DNA of 64,000 nt from Arcobacteraceae bacterium (GCA_048268245.1 JBLWVX010000003.1:55551-119550), one strand, 5' to 3'; numbered from the stretch's first letter, positions 11,299-22,730 are shown. The notes: a model not told the origin generated them from the letters alone. Numbers and translations are program-made.

Positions 11299-11866
11299 GT
11301 TAAATGAAGCAAGAACTAACCCTGAGTTTCTAAAATATTTGGAAGAAACTAGAGTTTCATCTATGGAAAATAAAAATATTTCAGCGATGTATGAAACACT
11401 TGATTCTATGCTTGTTCTTGGTTTAGATGAAGAAAAAATAAACTCTTTATATGAAGTTATTTTAAGAACTGCATTTGAAAATGTAGAAAAAATAGTAAAT
11501 GAGAATAAAAAACTTGATTTAGTTGATAATAACTTACTATATGTAAGAGCTTTTTATGAACATGCAATTGAGAAATGGTCATACGATAACTTTGATGGAG
11601 CAAAAGAGTTAGTTTTTGTTTTAGCTAATATTATTGATGATGAAATTTTAGAGCAAGCATTAAATGTACTTTTAGTAGTTCTTGCTAAGAAAATCTCTTT
11701 AGATGACTTTTATGAAACAGAAGTAAATTTAGATACAAACAGTTCAAATGAAAAGTATGGATATTTTTTAGTTGACTTTAAATTTATTCCAAACAAGTTC
11801 TTAGAAGAGAATAAAGAGCTTTTACAAGAGCAATATAAAAAACTACAACCTTTACTGGATGCCTAG
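11285..11866 (+). CDS. Conserved hypothetical helical protein
   Basis: About 193-aa ORF coupled between dapC and murC. AAAGGA SD 8 nt before ATG 11285. Confidence 0.75.
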   Translation: MDKNELNEARTNPEFLKYLEETRVSSMENKNISAMYETLDSMLVLGLDEEKINSLYEVILRTAFENVEKIVNENKKLDLVDNNLLYVRAFYEHAIEKWSYDNFDGAKELVFVLANIIDDEILEQALNVLLVVLAKKISLDDFYETEVNLDTNSSNEKYGYFLVDFKFIPNKFLEENKELLQEQYKKLQPLLDA

Positions 11867-13171
11867 ATGAAAGTTCATTTTATTGGAATAGGTGGAATAG
11901 GACTTTCAGCCTTAGCTAGATTTTTAAAAAATGATGGTCATGAAGTATGTGGTTCGGATATGAAAAGTACTCCTATTACTAAAGAGTTAGAATGTGAGGG
12001 AATAAAAGTTTCATGTCCTCAGAATGCTTCAAATATTAGTGATGATTTAGATTTAGTAATTTACTCAGCAGCAGTTACTGATGAAAATCCAGAGTTAATT
12101 GAGTCTAGACTTAAGCAAATTAGAACACTTTCAAGAAAAGAAGCCTTACCTATTATCTTAGGAGATAAAAAGAACTATTGTGTTGCAGGTGCCCATGGTA
12201 AATCAACTACGACAGCTATTTTGGCTTCTATTTTAGATAGTTCAGCATTAATTGGTGCAATTTCAAAAGATTTTGGATCAAACTTTAGATATGTAAATGA
12301 TTTAGTTACTTTTGAAGCAGATGAATCAGATGCTTCTTTTTTACTTTCAAATCCTTACTGTTCAATTGTAACAAATGCAGAGCCTGAACATATGGAATAC
12401 TATCAATATGATTATGATAAGTTTTTTCAAGCTTATGAAAAGTTTATAAACTTAGGTGAGAGAAATGTACTAAATGGTGAAGATGAGTATATCAAAAAAC
12501 TAAATATTAAAAATCCAAACTTTTTATATCCAAGTGCTGATATTAAAAACTTATGTTTTTTACTAAAAGATGGAGAGCCTTTTACGAAATTTGATTTAAA
12601 AGACTTAGGTTCTTTTGAAGTTTGGGGTTTTGGTTATCATATTGCTTTAGATGCTTCACTTGCTATTTTAGCAGCCCTAGAAGAGTTAGATGTAGAAACT
12701 ATTAGAAAAAACCTTTTAAACTATAAAGGGATTAAAAAAAGATTTGATATCGTTCAAAAACATGATAATATGGTAGTAATTGATGATTATGCCCATCATC
12801 CAACAGAAATCGAAGCTACTATGAAATCAGTTGAAGTTTATGACAATCTTACAAATTTAGATAAAAGAATTGTGATTTGGCAACCTCATAAATACTCAAG
12901 AACACATGATAATTTAGAAGGTTTTAAAAGATGTTTTAGAAGATGTGATGAGTTAATAATACTTCCTATTTGGACAATTCCAGGTGAGGTTGTACTTGAT
13001 ATAGACTTTCAAAAAGAGTTTGCATCATACAATCCTACTTTTGTTGATAGACTAAAAACAAGTGATGGAAAGATTGAACTTATTAAAGATGATAAGATTA
13101 TTTCTGTTTTAGATGAAGGAATAATTTTAGGAGTTGGAGCAGGAGATATTACTTATCAGTTAAGACATTGA
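11867..13171 (+). CDS. murC: UDP-N-acetylmuramate--L-alanine ligase
   Basis: HFIGIGGIGLS, AGAHGKSTTT, FEADESD, GIKKRF, DDYAHHPTEI. Confidence 0.97.
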   Translation: MKVHFIGIGGIGLSALARFLKNDGHEVCGSDMKSTPITKELECEGIKVSCPQNASNISDDLDLVIYSAAVTDENPELIESRLKQIRTLSRKEALPIILGDKKNYCVAGAHGKSTTTAILASILDSSALIGAISKDFGSNFRYVNDLVTFEADESDASFLLSNPYCSIVTNAEPEHMEYYQYDYDKFFQAYEKFINLGERNVLNGEDEYIKKLNIKNPNFLYPSADIKNLCFLLKDGEPFTKFDLKDLGSFEVWGFGYHIALDASLAILAALEELDVETIRKNLLNYKGIKKRFDIVQKHDNMVVIDDYAHHPTEIEATMKSVEVYDNLTNLDKRIVIWQPHKYSRTHDNLEGFKRCFRRCDELIILPIWTIPGEVVLDIDFQKEFASYNPTFVDRLKTSDGKIELIKDDKIISVLDEGIILGVGAGDITYQLRH

Positions 13172-13250
13172 TTTGTTTTTTAACTAAAAATAAACATTTT
13201 TGTAATAGAATGATAACTAAAACCAACTATTTTAAAAAGGTGGAAATAAA

Positions 13251-14444
13251 ATGAAGGTTTTAGTTAGAAAATTTTTAAAAAATGAGTCTACCTCAGGTAT
13301 TATATTAATGATAGTAACCTGTATTGCTTTGATTTTTAGTAATACATTTTTATCTGAATTTTATAATACCTTTTTACATACGCCAATTGTATTTAAAGTT
13401 GGTGATTTCTTAGATATATCAAAGCCCTTAATTCTTTGGGTAAATGATGGTTTAATGGCTATTTTCTTTTTACTTATTGGTTTAGAAATAAAAAGAGAGT
13501 TGATCTTAGGGCATTTATCCTCCTTTTCAAAAATAGCTCTTCCTGGTATTGCTGCAATTGGAGGGATGTTAGTTCCTGCACTATTTTTTGTTTTTTTTAA
13601 TTATAATGATGATTTTGCTCTTAGGGGTTGGGCAATACCAACTGCTACAGATATCGCTTTTGCATTGGGAATTGTAGCTCTTCTTGGAAATAGGGTACCA
13701 ACTTCTCTTAAAATATTTTTGATGGCATTAGCTATATTTGATGATTTAGGTGCAATTTTAATTATTGCATTTTTCTATACTTCATCGCTATCTTTTGAAT
13801 CATTGGCGTTAGCTTTATTTACTGTTGTTATTTTATATTTAATGAACAAAATGCAAATTAAGCTTATCGGAGCATATTTAATTGTAGGTGTATTCTTATG
13901 GATATTTATTTTAAAATCAGGTGTTCATGCAACTTTAACAGGTATTATATTAGCCTTTGCCATACCTTTAAATATGATAGATGAAGAAAAACATAAAAGA
14001 ATCTCACCAGTAAAAACTTTACAACATCATATACATTTTTGGGTTGCTTTTTATGTTTTACCTATATTTGCTTTTGTAAATGCAGGAATTGATTTAAGGG
14101 ATATGTCAATAGAGAAGATTTCAAATCCTGTTTCTTTAGGAATTATATTAGGTCTATTTTTAGGAAAGCAAATAGGGGTATTAACTTTTACTTATCTTGC
14201 AGTAAAACTAAAACTTGCAAAGCTTCCAAAATGTACAACTTGGATTCAAATATATGGAATATCAGTATTAACTGGTATTGGGTTTACAATGAGTCTATTT
14301 ATTGACTCACTAGCATATAGTGATTCTGATGCCTTTTTCTATACAGATAAACTAGCTATTTTAATTGGTTCAGTTTTATCAGGAGTGTTAGGTTATTTAG
14401 TTTTAAGAATGACAAAAAGTAAAAAGCACTGTAGTGTAGACTAG
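13251..14444 (+). CDS. nhaA: Na+/H+ antiporter NhaA
   Basis: WVNDGLMAIFF, GLEIKRE, GWAIPTATDIAF, LAIFDDLGAI, GIGFTMSLFI. Confidence 0.96.
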   Translation: MKVLVRKFLKNESTSGIILMIVTCIALIFSNTFLSEFYNTFLHTPIVFKVGDFLDISKPLILWVNDGLMAIFFLLIGLEIKRELILGHLSSFSKIALPGIAAIGGMLVPALFFVFFNYNDDFALRGWAIPTATDIAFALGIVALLGNRVPTSLKIFLMALAIFDDLGAILIIAFFYTSSLSFESLALALFTVVILYLMNKMQIKLIGAYLIVGVFLWIFILKSGVHATLTGIILAFAIPLNMIDEEKHKRISPVKTLQHHIHFWVAFYVLPIFAFVNAGIDLRDMSIEKISNPVSLGIILGLFLGKQIGVLTFTYLAVKLKLAKLPKCTTWIQIYGISVLTGIGFTMSLFIDSLAYSDSDAFFYTDKLAILIGSVLSGVLGYLVLRMTKSKKHCSVD

Positions 14445-15226
14445 ATAATAGCAGAGTTTTTTACTTTACTTGGAGTATAACCTACATATTTTTTAAATAT
14501 TTTTATCATATGAGACTGGTCAGTAAAACCACACTCATATGCTATATGACTAAGTGGTAAGTTTTCTTTTTGAAGTTCTCTTATTTTTACTACTTTTTTT
14601 ACTTGAATATATTGATTTACAGTTAGTCCTGTATGCTTTTTAAACTCTCTTAAAAAGTGATATTTAGATAGATTAACATGTGAAGCAATATCTTCAAGTT
14701 TTAAGTCTTGTCTGTATATATTTTCTTCTATATATTTAAAAGTCTCTTCTATTTTGTTTTTATTTAAAGTAGAATTTTTAATCTCTTCTTGTTTTATGAG
14801 TGAGTGATATTGAAGTAGATTTTCTATCAAGTTTATAAGATTACTATCAATTAAAATTTCATTTTCATTCTCTTTATCTAAGCTTTCATATAGCTCTTTA
14901 AATAGCATAATTGTCACTTCATCTTTTATAATATTTTCTAAATTAATGTTAAAATCTATTTCTTTTTGAAGTACAATTTTTGCTGTTTGTTCAAAAATAT
15001 CTTTAGGAATTATTATGTTTAAATGTGACCAGGTACTTTTTTGAGTACTGTGGTATTCAAAAGGATTGATTATTTGAAGTGAGTTCTTCTTAGCATGTAA
15101 AGTGCCTTTTTCATTTACAAAAGTATGCACTCCCTCGTATACTAAACTTATCGTATACTCTTCATGGAAGTGCTTATGCATAGTTATATCTTTAAAATGA
15201 TTGTTTATATAAAAAATCTTGGACAT
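14441..15226 (-). CDS. AraC-family transcriptional regulator (cupin sensor)
   Basis: HKHFHEEY cupin motif, C-terminal double HTH ending IAYECGFTDQSHM. Confidence 0.92.
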   Translation of the reverse strand: MSKIFYINNHFKDITMHKHFHEEYTISLVYEGVHTFVNEKGTLHAKKNSLQIINPFEYHSTQKSTWSHLNIIIPKDIFEQTAKIVLQKEIDFNINLENIIKDEVTIMLFKELYESLDKENENEILIDSNLINLIENLLQYHSLIKQEEIKNSTLNKNKIEETFKYIEENIYRQDLKLEDIASHVNLSKYHFLREFKKHTGLTVNQYIQVKKVVKIRELQKENLPLSHIAYECGFTDQSHMIKIFKKYVGYTPSKVKNSAII

Positions 15227-15228
15227 TT

Positions 15229-15798
15229 TTACCTTTGTAAAACTCTCTTTTTTGTATCATATACTAGTTCATAGTAATTGTTATTATTGTATTGAAATTC
15301 TTGTATTACTTCAAGTCCAAGCTTTCTTTTATGAGCTTCAAATGATCTTGGGTTTAATTTATTCACAAAAGTAACTAAGATTTCATACTTTTTTGACATA
15401 TAATCAATAGCAAAATCAAATAGCTTTTCTAATACTCCTGAACCTCTTACTTTTTTGTCTACACATACAGGACCATACTGATATGAGTTATCTACAGTAA
15501 TCTTTTTGTCATTATATGTAAGGTTTGGTAAGTCTTCAATCATAAAAGCAAACATAGGCCATTTTGACCAGTACTGCCATGAAGCAGACATAACATATGC
15601 TAAAACTTCATCATTTTCATTTACTGCAATGAATATACCTTGCTCTTTATTTATAATATCTTCTAGTTGTTCTTTAGTAAATGCAGTTGTTACAAAACCA
15701 TCTTTCTTGTCATCTTCTTGTATTGAATCTATTTGATATTTATTATGTAGTTTTAAAATTGAATCAACATCTTTAATTTTGGCTACTTTTAAATGCAT
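15229..15798 (-). CDS. GNAT-family acetyltransferase
   Basis: YGPVCVDKKVRGSGV acetyl-CoA-binding motif A, NPRSFEAHKRKLG. Confidence 0.85.
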   Translation of the reverse strand: MHLKVAKIKDVDSILKLHNKYQIDSIQEDDKKDGFVTTAFTKEQLEDIINKEQGIFIAVNENDEVLAYVMSASWQYWSKWPMFAFMIEDLPNLTYNDKKITVDNSYQYGPVCVDKKVRGSGVLEKLFDFAIDYMSKKYEILVTFVNKLNPRSFEAHKRKLGLEVIQEFQYNNNNYYELVYDTKKRVLQR

Positions 15799-15865
15799 TT
15801 TAGGTCCTTAATTTTTTATGTATGATATTTAAATATAAAAAATTTATATAGTAAAATATTGCTTA

Positions 15866-16642
15866 TTATAAAACAAAAACTTTTCCATTTTTAATTTCTA
15901 TTTTTCCTGATAGCTCATATTCAAAAACTTTATCATTATATTTTGCTACAGCTTCATCATATAATGGTGAACTCTGACAAAATTCCAAGAAATCATCTTT
16001 TGATGGTACTATAGAGGAAGTATTTGTAAATTCATTTATAAACTTATCTAAGTCATATATGGGTTCAATCAAACCTTTTTGAACAAGCTCTTGTGTTCCT
16101 AAGCTTTCATTTATTCTATGGGGTAGGGTATATACTTTTTTGCCCATTTCAAGTGCGTAATCAACAGAAGTAAGACTACCAGAGTTTAAATCTGCTTGTG
16201 TGACAATTAGAACTTCTCCTAAGGCTACAACTATTTCATTTCTTAGTACAAAAGTATAATTTCGTGCTTTTTGTTTTTCTTCATATGCAGATAAAACTAA
16301 ACCTTTTTGTTCAATACTTGCTATTAAGTTTTTATTCACAGTAGGATATCTTATATCCAAACCATTTGCAACAACTGCTATTGTTTTATAATCTTGAGAA
16401 GCTTTATGTGCTATCGCATCAACACCCATAGCAGCACCACTTACAATAGTTGCACCATGCAAAGAGAGTTTTGAAGAGAGTTTATGAGTAAACTCTTTTG
16501 TATATGAATTGGGTTTTCTTGTACCTACTATAGAAATCATAGGAGTTTGTAGAAGTTGGGTATTTCCAATAGAAAAAAGTTGATGAGGGTACTTTTTCAT
16601 ATTTTTTAATTGGGGGATTTTAAAATCAATAGTTTTAATCAT
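15866..16642 (-). CDS. dprA: DNA-processing protein DprA
   Basis: ISIVGTRK, IVSGAAMGVDAIAH, FVLRNEIV, SGSL. Confidence 0.93.
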   Translation of the reverse strand: MIKTIDFKIPQLKNMKKYPHQLFSIGNTQLLQTPMISIVGTRKPNSYTKEFTHKLSSKLSLHGATIVSGAAMGVDAIAHKASQDYKTIAVVANGLDIRYPTVNKNLIASIEQKGLVLSAYEEKQKARNYTFVLRNEIVVALGEVLIVTQADLNSGSLTSVDYALEMGKKVYTLPHRINESLGTQELVQKGLIEPIYDLDKFINEFTNTSSIVPSKDDFLEFCQSSPLYDEAVAKYNDKVFEYELSGKIEIKNGKVFVL

Positions 16643-16682
16643 AACAACTCTTTATAATAAAGTAAGTTATTATATCAATATT

Positions 16683-17768
16683 TTATAAATAAGGCAATTC
16701 GTTTACAAAAATTATCTCTAAGCCTTTAAGAAGATGTTTAGATTCTTTTAAAACTTTAATAGTCATAGAATGAGGATGTCCAATAGCTATTGCATAACCT
16801 CTTTTTTTGGCTATTTTAATTGCTTTTTTTAGTTGGTTTTGAATATAAGCATACTCTTTTTTATTATCTATAAAAGTGTTTCTTACTATATAAGGCATAT
16901 TGTACTTTTCAGCCATTTTTTTAGCAACCGATTTAGCAGTTGTTCTACTATCTACAAAGATGAAATTATATTTTTTTAAAGCTCTAAATAGTTTATCCAT
17001 AGCTTCTTCATTTTGTGTAAATACTGAACCTGTATGATTATTTGTAAATATAACATTAGGGTACCATTTTCTTAAGTTTTTAACTCTTTGTTCTATTTGC
17101 TCATATGTATGAGTGATTTTTAGAGTATTTTTTTCAGGACCCTTGAATTTACTAGATGCTTGCATAGGAAAATGAATCATATGAAAAGGTAAATCTTGAG
17201 CAATTTTTGCTGAATTAGGATGACTTTTTGTAGGAGGTAAAAATGCCATATTAACTTTATAACCTATATCTAAGATAGCTTTTTTTTGTCTAGATGAGCT
17301 TACATCATCAATCATAATAACTATTTTTGGTTTACTTACCCCATCATATTTATATAAAGATTTTTTCAAGAACTTAGACTTATCATCTTTCTTTACTTCT
17401 TCTTTTTGTTTTATTACTTCTTTTACTAAAGGTATCTGCTCTTCTTTTTTTTCTTCAAGTTTTTCTTTAATAATTTTTATTGGCTTATCAATATGGTCTT
17501 TATTAAATTCTTGAGTATATTCTTCAAAGGCATTTTTAGGATCTTCTTCTAATTTGAAAAATTCATCAAGCTTTTTTTCTTGAAACTGTTTAACGCTTTT
17601 TTCTTCTACTATATTTTTAGGAGTATCTTTTTTTTCATTTTGCATAATAAAATAGCTAAGAGCTGAAGCTATAAATGCAAATAAAAATACTAATAAAAAT
17701 ATATTTATTAGTTTTACTTTTGATATATTATTTTTTTTTGGTGATTTTTTTCTAGTTTTTTTAGTCAT
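16683..17768 (-). CDS. Divergent polysaccharide deacetylase family protein (YibQ-like)
   Basis: N-terminal TM, IVIMIDD, NNHTGS, FVDSRT, RNTFIDN, IAIGHP. Start may be TTG 17780. Confidence 0.9.
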   Translation of the reverse strand: MTKKTRKKSPKKNNISKVKLINIFLLVFLFAFIASALSYFIMQNEKKDTPKNIVEEKSVKQFQEKKLDEFFKLEEDPKNAFEEYTQEFNKDHIDKPIKIIKEKLEEKKEEQIPLVKEVIKQKEEVKKDDKSKFLKKSLYKYDGVSKPKIVIMIDDVSSSRQKKAILDIGYKVNMAFLPPTKSHPNSAKIAQDLPFHMIHFPMQASSKFKGPEKNTLKITHTYEQIEQRVKNLRKWYPNVIFTNNHTGSVFTQNEEAMDKLFRALKKYNFIFVDSRTTAKSVAKKMAEKYNMPYIVRNTFIDNKKEYAYIQNQLKKAIKIAKKRGYAIAIGHPHSMTIKVLKESKHLLKGLEIIFVNELPYL

Positions 17769-17778
17769 AGAAGAGAGC

Positions 17779-17807
17779 AATTTAAGGAAGTGAAACTCCC
17801 TTAAATT
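17779..17807 (-). terminator. Hairpin after ilvC
   Basis: AATTTAAGGAAG-TGAAA-CTCCCTTAAATT inverted repeat just past the ilvC stop. Confidence 0.6.
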
Positions 17808-17813
17808 ATATTA

Positions 17814-18839
<1,026 letters not shown>

Positions 18840-19007
18840 TTAACCCTCAGTAAAAATTTTTGTAATTATATCAAAAAAAACTGAAAGTTTAGGAAAAGTA
18901 GAAAAAATTGACCATTTAGTCTAAATAATTACATCTTAATAACATTAATTCAATAGAAATTTAGATAAAATAAATATTAAAAATTAGAAAAATAAGGAAG
19001 CTATAAA

Positions 19008-20858
19008 TTGTATAGTTTAATATTTAAAAAAATATTACAAAATAGAAACGATTTTACTAATGATGAGATTAATAAACTTGAAGACTTTATAAAAGAAGAG
19101 ATTATCCTTACGGATAACGATAAATATTTATTAAATTCTAAATATAAAGTGGGTTTTATAAAATTACAAAATAAAAGAGCTAAATTAAAAGATTTATTCA
19201 ATGAATATAAGGATATAAATTTAGATTTCGAGCATTTATCAGGTGCTTATGATGGAGATTTTGTTTTAGCAAAAAGAGTATTTAATCCTAGAAGTAAAAT
19301 AAAAGCAAAAGTATTAAGAGTTTTAGATGGTAAAGATGGAGAAGTACTTCTTTATGTAAAAGACAAAAAGTTTTATACAATAAAAGAGAATATAGAACTT
19401 GAAAATAAAGGTGCTACAAAATACGAAGAAGGAGATGTTTTATTAGTTGATAACAAAACATTAGATTTAATAAAAAATATTGGAAATATAAAAGATCCTA
19501 AAGTAGATGAGTTTATATCTTTACACCTTTATAATGAAATAATAAGACTTGAAAAGCCTTTAGAAGTTAATGCTTTAATGGATGATGAAAAACAAAGAGT
19601 TGATTTAAGGGATTTACCATTTTGTACTATAGATCCAAATAGTGCAAAAGACCATGATGATGCAATTTATTATGATGAAAAAGATGCAATTTTATATGTA
19701 GCGATTGCTGATGTTTCATATTTTGTAAAAGAAGGAAGTGAACTTGATAAATTAGCTTTCAAAAAATCAACTTCTGTATATCTTCCGGGCAAAGTTTTGC
19801 CTATGCTACCAAATGAGTTAAGTGAAGATATGTGTTCATTAAAAGAAGGAGTTGATAGATACTCTTATGTTTTTAAAATGCATTTAGATTTAGAGAATAA
19901 AGATGTAAAAAAAGCAGAATTATTCGAAGCTATTATAAACTCTCACAAGAAGTTTTCATATGGAAGAATTGATAGGGTTTTAGAAGGACATCTTGATCAA
20001 TATAATAATGTAGAAAAAGAAATTTTTGATTATTTACTTCCTTTATATGAGGTTACAAAAAGTTTTAGGACAAAAAGACTTGAAAAAGGTTATGATTTTA
20101 GAACAAGTGAATTTAGACTAAAACTTAAAAATGGTGAACTTTTTGGAATAGATGAAGAAGAATCAACAGCATCTCATCAATTAATAGAAGAGTGTATGCT
20201 TTTAGCAAATATTCAAGCTAGTAAAAAAGTTAATAGTATTGGAATATTTAGAATACATGAAGAACCACCTTTTAAAGCTATATCTCAATTAGTAGATGAT
20301 GTAAATATTTTAGGTGTTAAAGTAAAGCTTAAAAGTGATGTTCATGACACAATTACGCATATTCAAGAAAAAGCCTCTCATAGTGTCTTAAGTGAAGAGA
20401 TTGATGAGCTTATTATTCATGCGCAAACTCAAGCAAAATATAGTTCTAGAAATTTAGGACACTTTGGTTTAGGTTTTAAGTCATACTCTCATTTTACTAG
20501 TCCTATTAGAAGATATTCAGATTTAGTTTTACATAGAATGCTAAAAACAAAAAATACACCTGAAAATATAGATGAGATTTGTGAGTATATTTCTACAAGA
20601 GAAAGAGAAGTTGATAAACTTGTTTGGGATTTTGAAGATAGAAAGTATGCTAGATGGGCAGCTAAAAATATTGGAACAGAAATAAAAGTAAAAATCATTG
20701 ATATTGAAAGAAGTAAAGCTGTTTGTTATGATAAGGCTAAGGGAATGAAAGTTACTTTAGATAATTATAAAGGACAAAATTTATACACTAAATTAAGAGT
20801 TAAAATAAAAGAAGCCGATATTGTTACAAAACAAATAATTGCTTCAATTAAGTACTAA
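19008..20858 (+). CDS. rnr: Ribonuclease R (RNB family)
   Basis: TIDPNSAKDHDDAI, IADVS, SHFTSPIRRYSDL. TTG start after AAGGA. Confidence 0.93.
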   Translation: MYSLIFKKILQNRNDFTNDEINKLEDFIKEEIILTDNDKYLLNSKYKVGFIKLQNKRAKLKDLFNEYKDINLDFEHLSGAYDGDFVLAKRVFNPRSKIKAKVLRVLDGKDGEVLLYVKDKKFYTIKENIELENKGATKYEEGDVLLVDNKTLDLIKNIGNIKDPKVDEFISLHLYNEIIRLEKPLEVNALMDDEKQRVDLRDLPFCTIDPNSAKDHDDAIYYDEKDAILYVAIADVSYFVKEGSELDKLAFKKSTSVYLPGKVLPMLPNELSEDMCSLKEGVDRYSYVFKMHLDLENKDVKKAELFEAIINSHKKFSYGRIDRVLEGHLDQYNNVEKEIFDYLLPLYEVTKSFRTKRLEKGYDFRTSEFRLKLKNGELFGIDEEESTASHQLIEECMLLANIQASKKVNSIGIFRIHEEPPFKAISQLVDDVNILGVKVKLKSDVHDTITHIQEKASHSVLSEEIDELIIHAQTQAKYSSRNLGHFGLGFKSYSHFTSPIRRYSDLVLHRMLKTKNTPENIDEICEYISTREREVDKLVWDFEDRKYARWAAKNIGTEIKVKIIDIERSKAVCYDKAKGMKVTLDNYKGQNLYTKLRVKIKEADIVTKQIIASIKY

Positions 20859-20859
20859 G

Positions 20860-21228
20860 TTATTCTTTAAGATTTGTAAATAATTTAGGTATTTTATCTT
20901 TTATAATATATTGGCCAATTAAATTGTGTCTTTTATTTATTAAAATTGGGGCTACAAGATTTACTATTGATTTTTCAATAGGGTCTTGAAGTACCACAGA
21001 AAAATATATATCAAAGTCTTCTCTTGATCTTATATGCATTTTCTCTAAGATATCATCTTCAATATTGAAATCAAAAGCAGCATGTTGTAAGTACTTTATA
21101 TTTACAATTGTAAAGTTAATCATATTCTCTTTATCAAGAATTAAAGTTGAGAAATATTCGTCTAGTTTTTCTAAGTTTACTTTTTTAATTTCATCAAATC
21201 CAAGTAAAGGAATAGTAATTTCGTACAT
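20860..21228 (-). CDS. fliW: Flagellar assembly factor FliW-like
   Basis: IPLLGF, EKLDEYF, VVLQDPIEKSIVNLVAPILIN...GQYI match Campylobacterota FliW. ATG at 21228 follows AAGG. Confidence 0.75.
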   Translation of the reverse strand: MYEITIPLLGFDEIKKVNLEKLDEYFSTLILDKENMINFTIVNIKYLQHAAFDFNIEDDILEKMHIRSREDFDIYFSVVLQDPIEKSIVNLVAPILINKRHNLIGQYIIKDKIPKLFTNLKE

Positions 21229-21277
21229 TTGAAGCCTTTTTTGTAGTGACACAATTTTATTGAAAGTATACTTAGGA

Positions 21278-21293
21278 TATGATATATCTTATG
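21278..21293 (+). promoter_or_regulatory. -10 box 7 nt before holA ATG; probable leaderless transcript
   Basis: TTAGGA-TATGAT(21278-21283)-ATATCTT-ATG(21291). No SD. Confidence 0.55.
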
Positions 21294-22271
21294 TATAGAA
21301 ACGAATTTGATAATCATTTAAAACAGAATAAAAAATTTAATGCTTATATGTTTTTTGGTCAATCAACTTTTTTAGTTGAGTATTATGCTTCTAAAGTAGC
21401 GCAACTACATGGTAATAAAGAAGATGTAGAAAAACTATATTTTGATGATTATGATTTCAAATATGCAAAAGATAAACTTTTGCAATCCTCTTTATTTTCT
21501 GACAATAATATACTTTTAATAAAATTAGATAAAAAAAGACCTAAAAAAGAAGTTATGGAGCTAATTGAAGCTTGTAATACAAATAGTAATAGTACAGTAA
21601 TCTTCTCATGTTTAGGTGATAGTGAATTTAAAACAATGGGAAGCTATTTTAGTGATAAAACAAACTCTGTTAGCATTAGAATGTTCTCACCTGCAAATCA
21701 TGAAGCTATAAAAATTTTAGAGAATGAAGCTAGAGCATTAGGCATAAATTATGAAATACCTGCTTTAAATCATTTATTTTTCATGCATAAAAATGACTTG
21801 TCACTATGTATGAATGATTTAAAAAAACTTGCAGTATTAGATGTAAAAATTACTTCAAACATAATAAATAGTCATTGTTTTGGAATAGGTGATGTATCTT
21901 TTGAAGACTTCTTAAATGATTTAATTCAAGGAAAAGATATAAGCGATGATTTGCAACTTTTATTAGAAGAGGGTGTAAATGAAATATATCTTTTATCTCA
22001 AGTGACTTCTTATGTTCAACAATTATTTATGATAAGCTCATATGCTAGAACAATGGGTGCTCCAAACCCAAAAGAGATATTAGGTTTTGTTCCTCCAAAA
22101 AATATTTGGGAAAAGAAGTCAAAACTAGCAATAAATATTAAGCCAGAAGTCTTTGCTGATATGATGGAATATTTACTTGATATTGAACTAGAGTTTAAAA
22201 CTTCAAAAATCACTAATCAAAACTTGTATTTACAAGCAACTCTAAGAAAGTTTACAGTTTTATTTAGATAA
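21291..22271 (+). CDS. holA: DNA polymerase III delta subunit
   Basis: MYRNEF start, SSLFSDNNILLIK. Upstream of rpsF, and follows rnr as in Campylobacter. Confidence 0.85.
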   Translation: MYRNEFDNHLKQNKKFNAYMFFGQSTFLVEYYASKVAQLHGNKEDVEKLYFDDYDFKYAKDKLLQSSLFSDNNILLIKLDKKRPKKEVMELIEACNTNSNSTVIFSCLGDSEFKTMGSYFSDKTNSVSIRMFSPANHEAIKILENEARALGINYEIPALNHLFFMHKNDLSLCMNDLKKLAVLDVKITSNIINSHCFGIGDVSFEDFLNDLIQGKDISDDLQLLLEEGVNEIYLLSQVTSYVQQLFMISSYARTMGAPNPKEILGFVPPKNIWEKKSKLAINIKPEVFADMMEYLLDIELEFKTSKITNQNLYLQATLRKFTVLFR

Positions 22272-22290
22272 AATCACGGACTTTACAAAA

Positions 22291-22353
22291 ATTCATCCTT
22301 GCTGATATTAGGAAATGTAAAGATACCGGCACACACTATAAGGAGAAAAATAG
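22291..22353 (+). promoter_or_regulatory. S6:S18 ribosomal protein leader (autogenous cis-regulatory RNA)
   Basis: TCCTTGC (22296-22302) complementary to SD AAGGA (22340-22344), with CCG at 22326-22328, directly 5' of rpsF-ssb-rpsR. Confidence 0.7.
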
Positions 22354-22707
22354 ATGTCAAAATTAAAACATTACGAAACAATGTTTATTGTTAAACCTAC
22401 TTTAACTGAAGAAGAGACTCAAGCTCAAATTGAAACTGTAAAAGCAAATATTGCTAAAAATGGTGGAGAAGTTATTGCTTGTGATGATATGGGAACTAAG
22501 CAATTAGCTTACGAAATTGAAGGAAACAAAAGAGGTTATTACTATGTAATTTACTTCAAAGGTGAACCATCAAGCATTAAAGAACTTGAAAGAAATTACA
22601 AGTTCAATGAAAATATCATTAGATTTATTTTCATTAAATATGAAAACAAAAAAGAAATCGCTGCATGGACTAAAATGAGCGACGAGGCAGCTAAAAAAGC
22701 TAACTAA
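22354..22707 (+). CDS. rpsF: 30S ribosomal protein S6
   Basis: [24 protein letters not shown]. Confidence 0.97.
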   Translation: MSKLKHYETMFIVKPTLTEEETQAQIETVKANIAKNGGEVIACDDMGTKQLAYEIEGNKRGYYYVIYFKGEPSSIKELERNYKFNENIIRFIFIKYENKKEIAAWTKMSDEAAKKAN

Positions 22708-22730
22708 TAAAATAAAGACAGGAACCACTT

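Noticed and set aside
17731-17739. T9 run near the 5' end of the deacetylase gene as a phase-variation tract
   Set aside because: A/T runs of this length are common at this base composition, the frame is intact, and no long G/C homopolymer occurs in the window.
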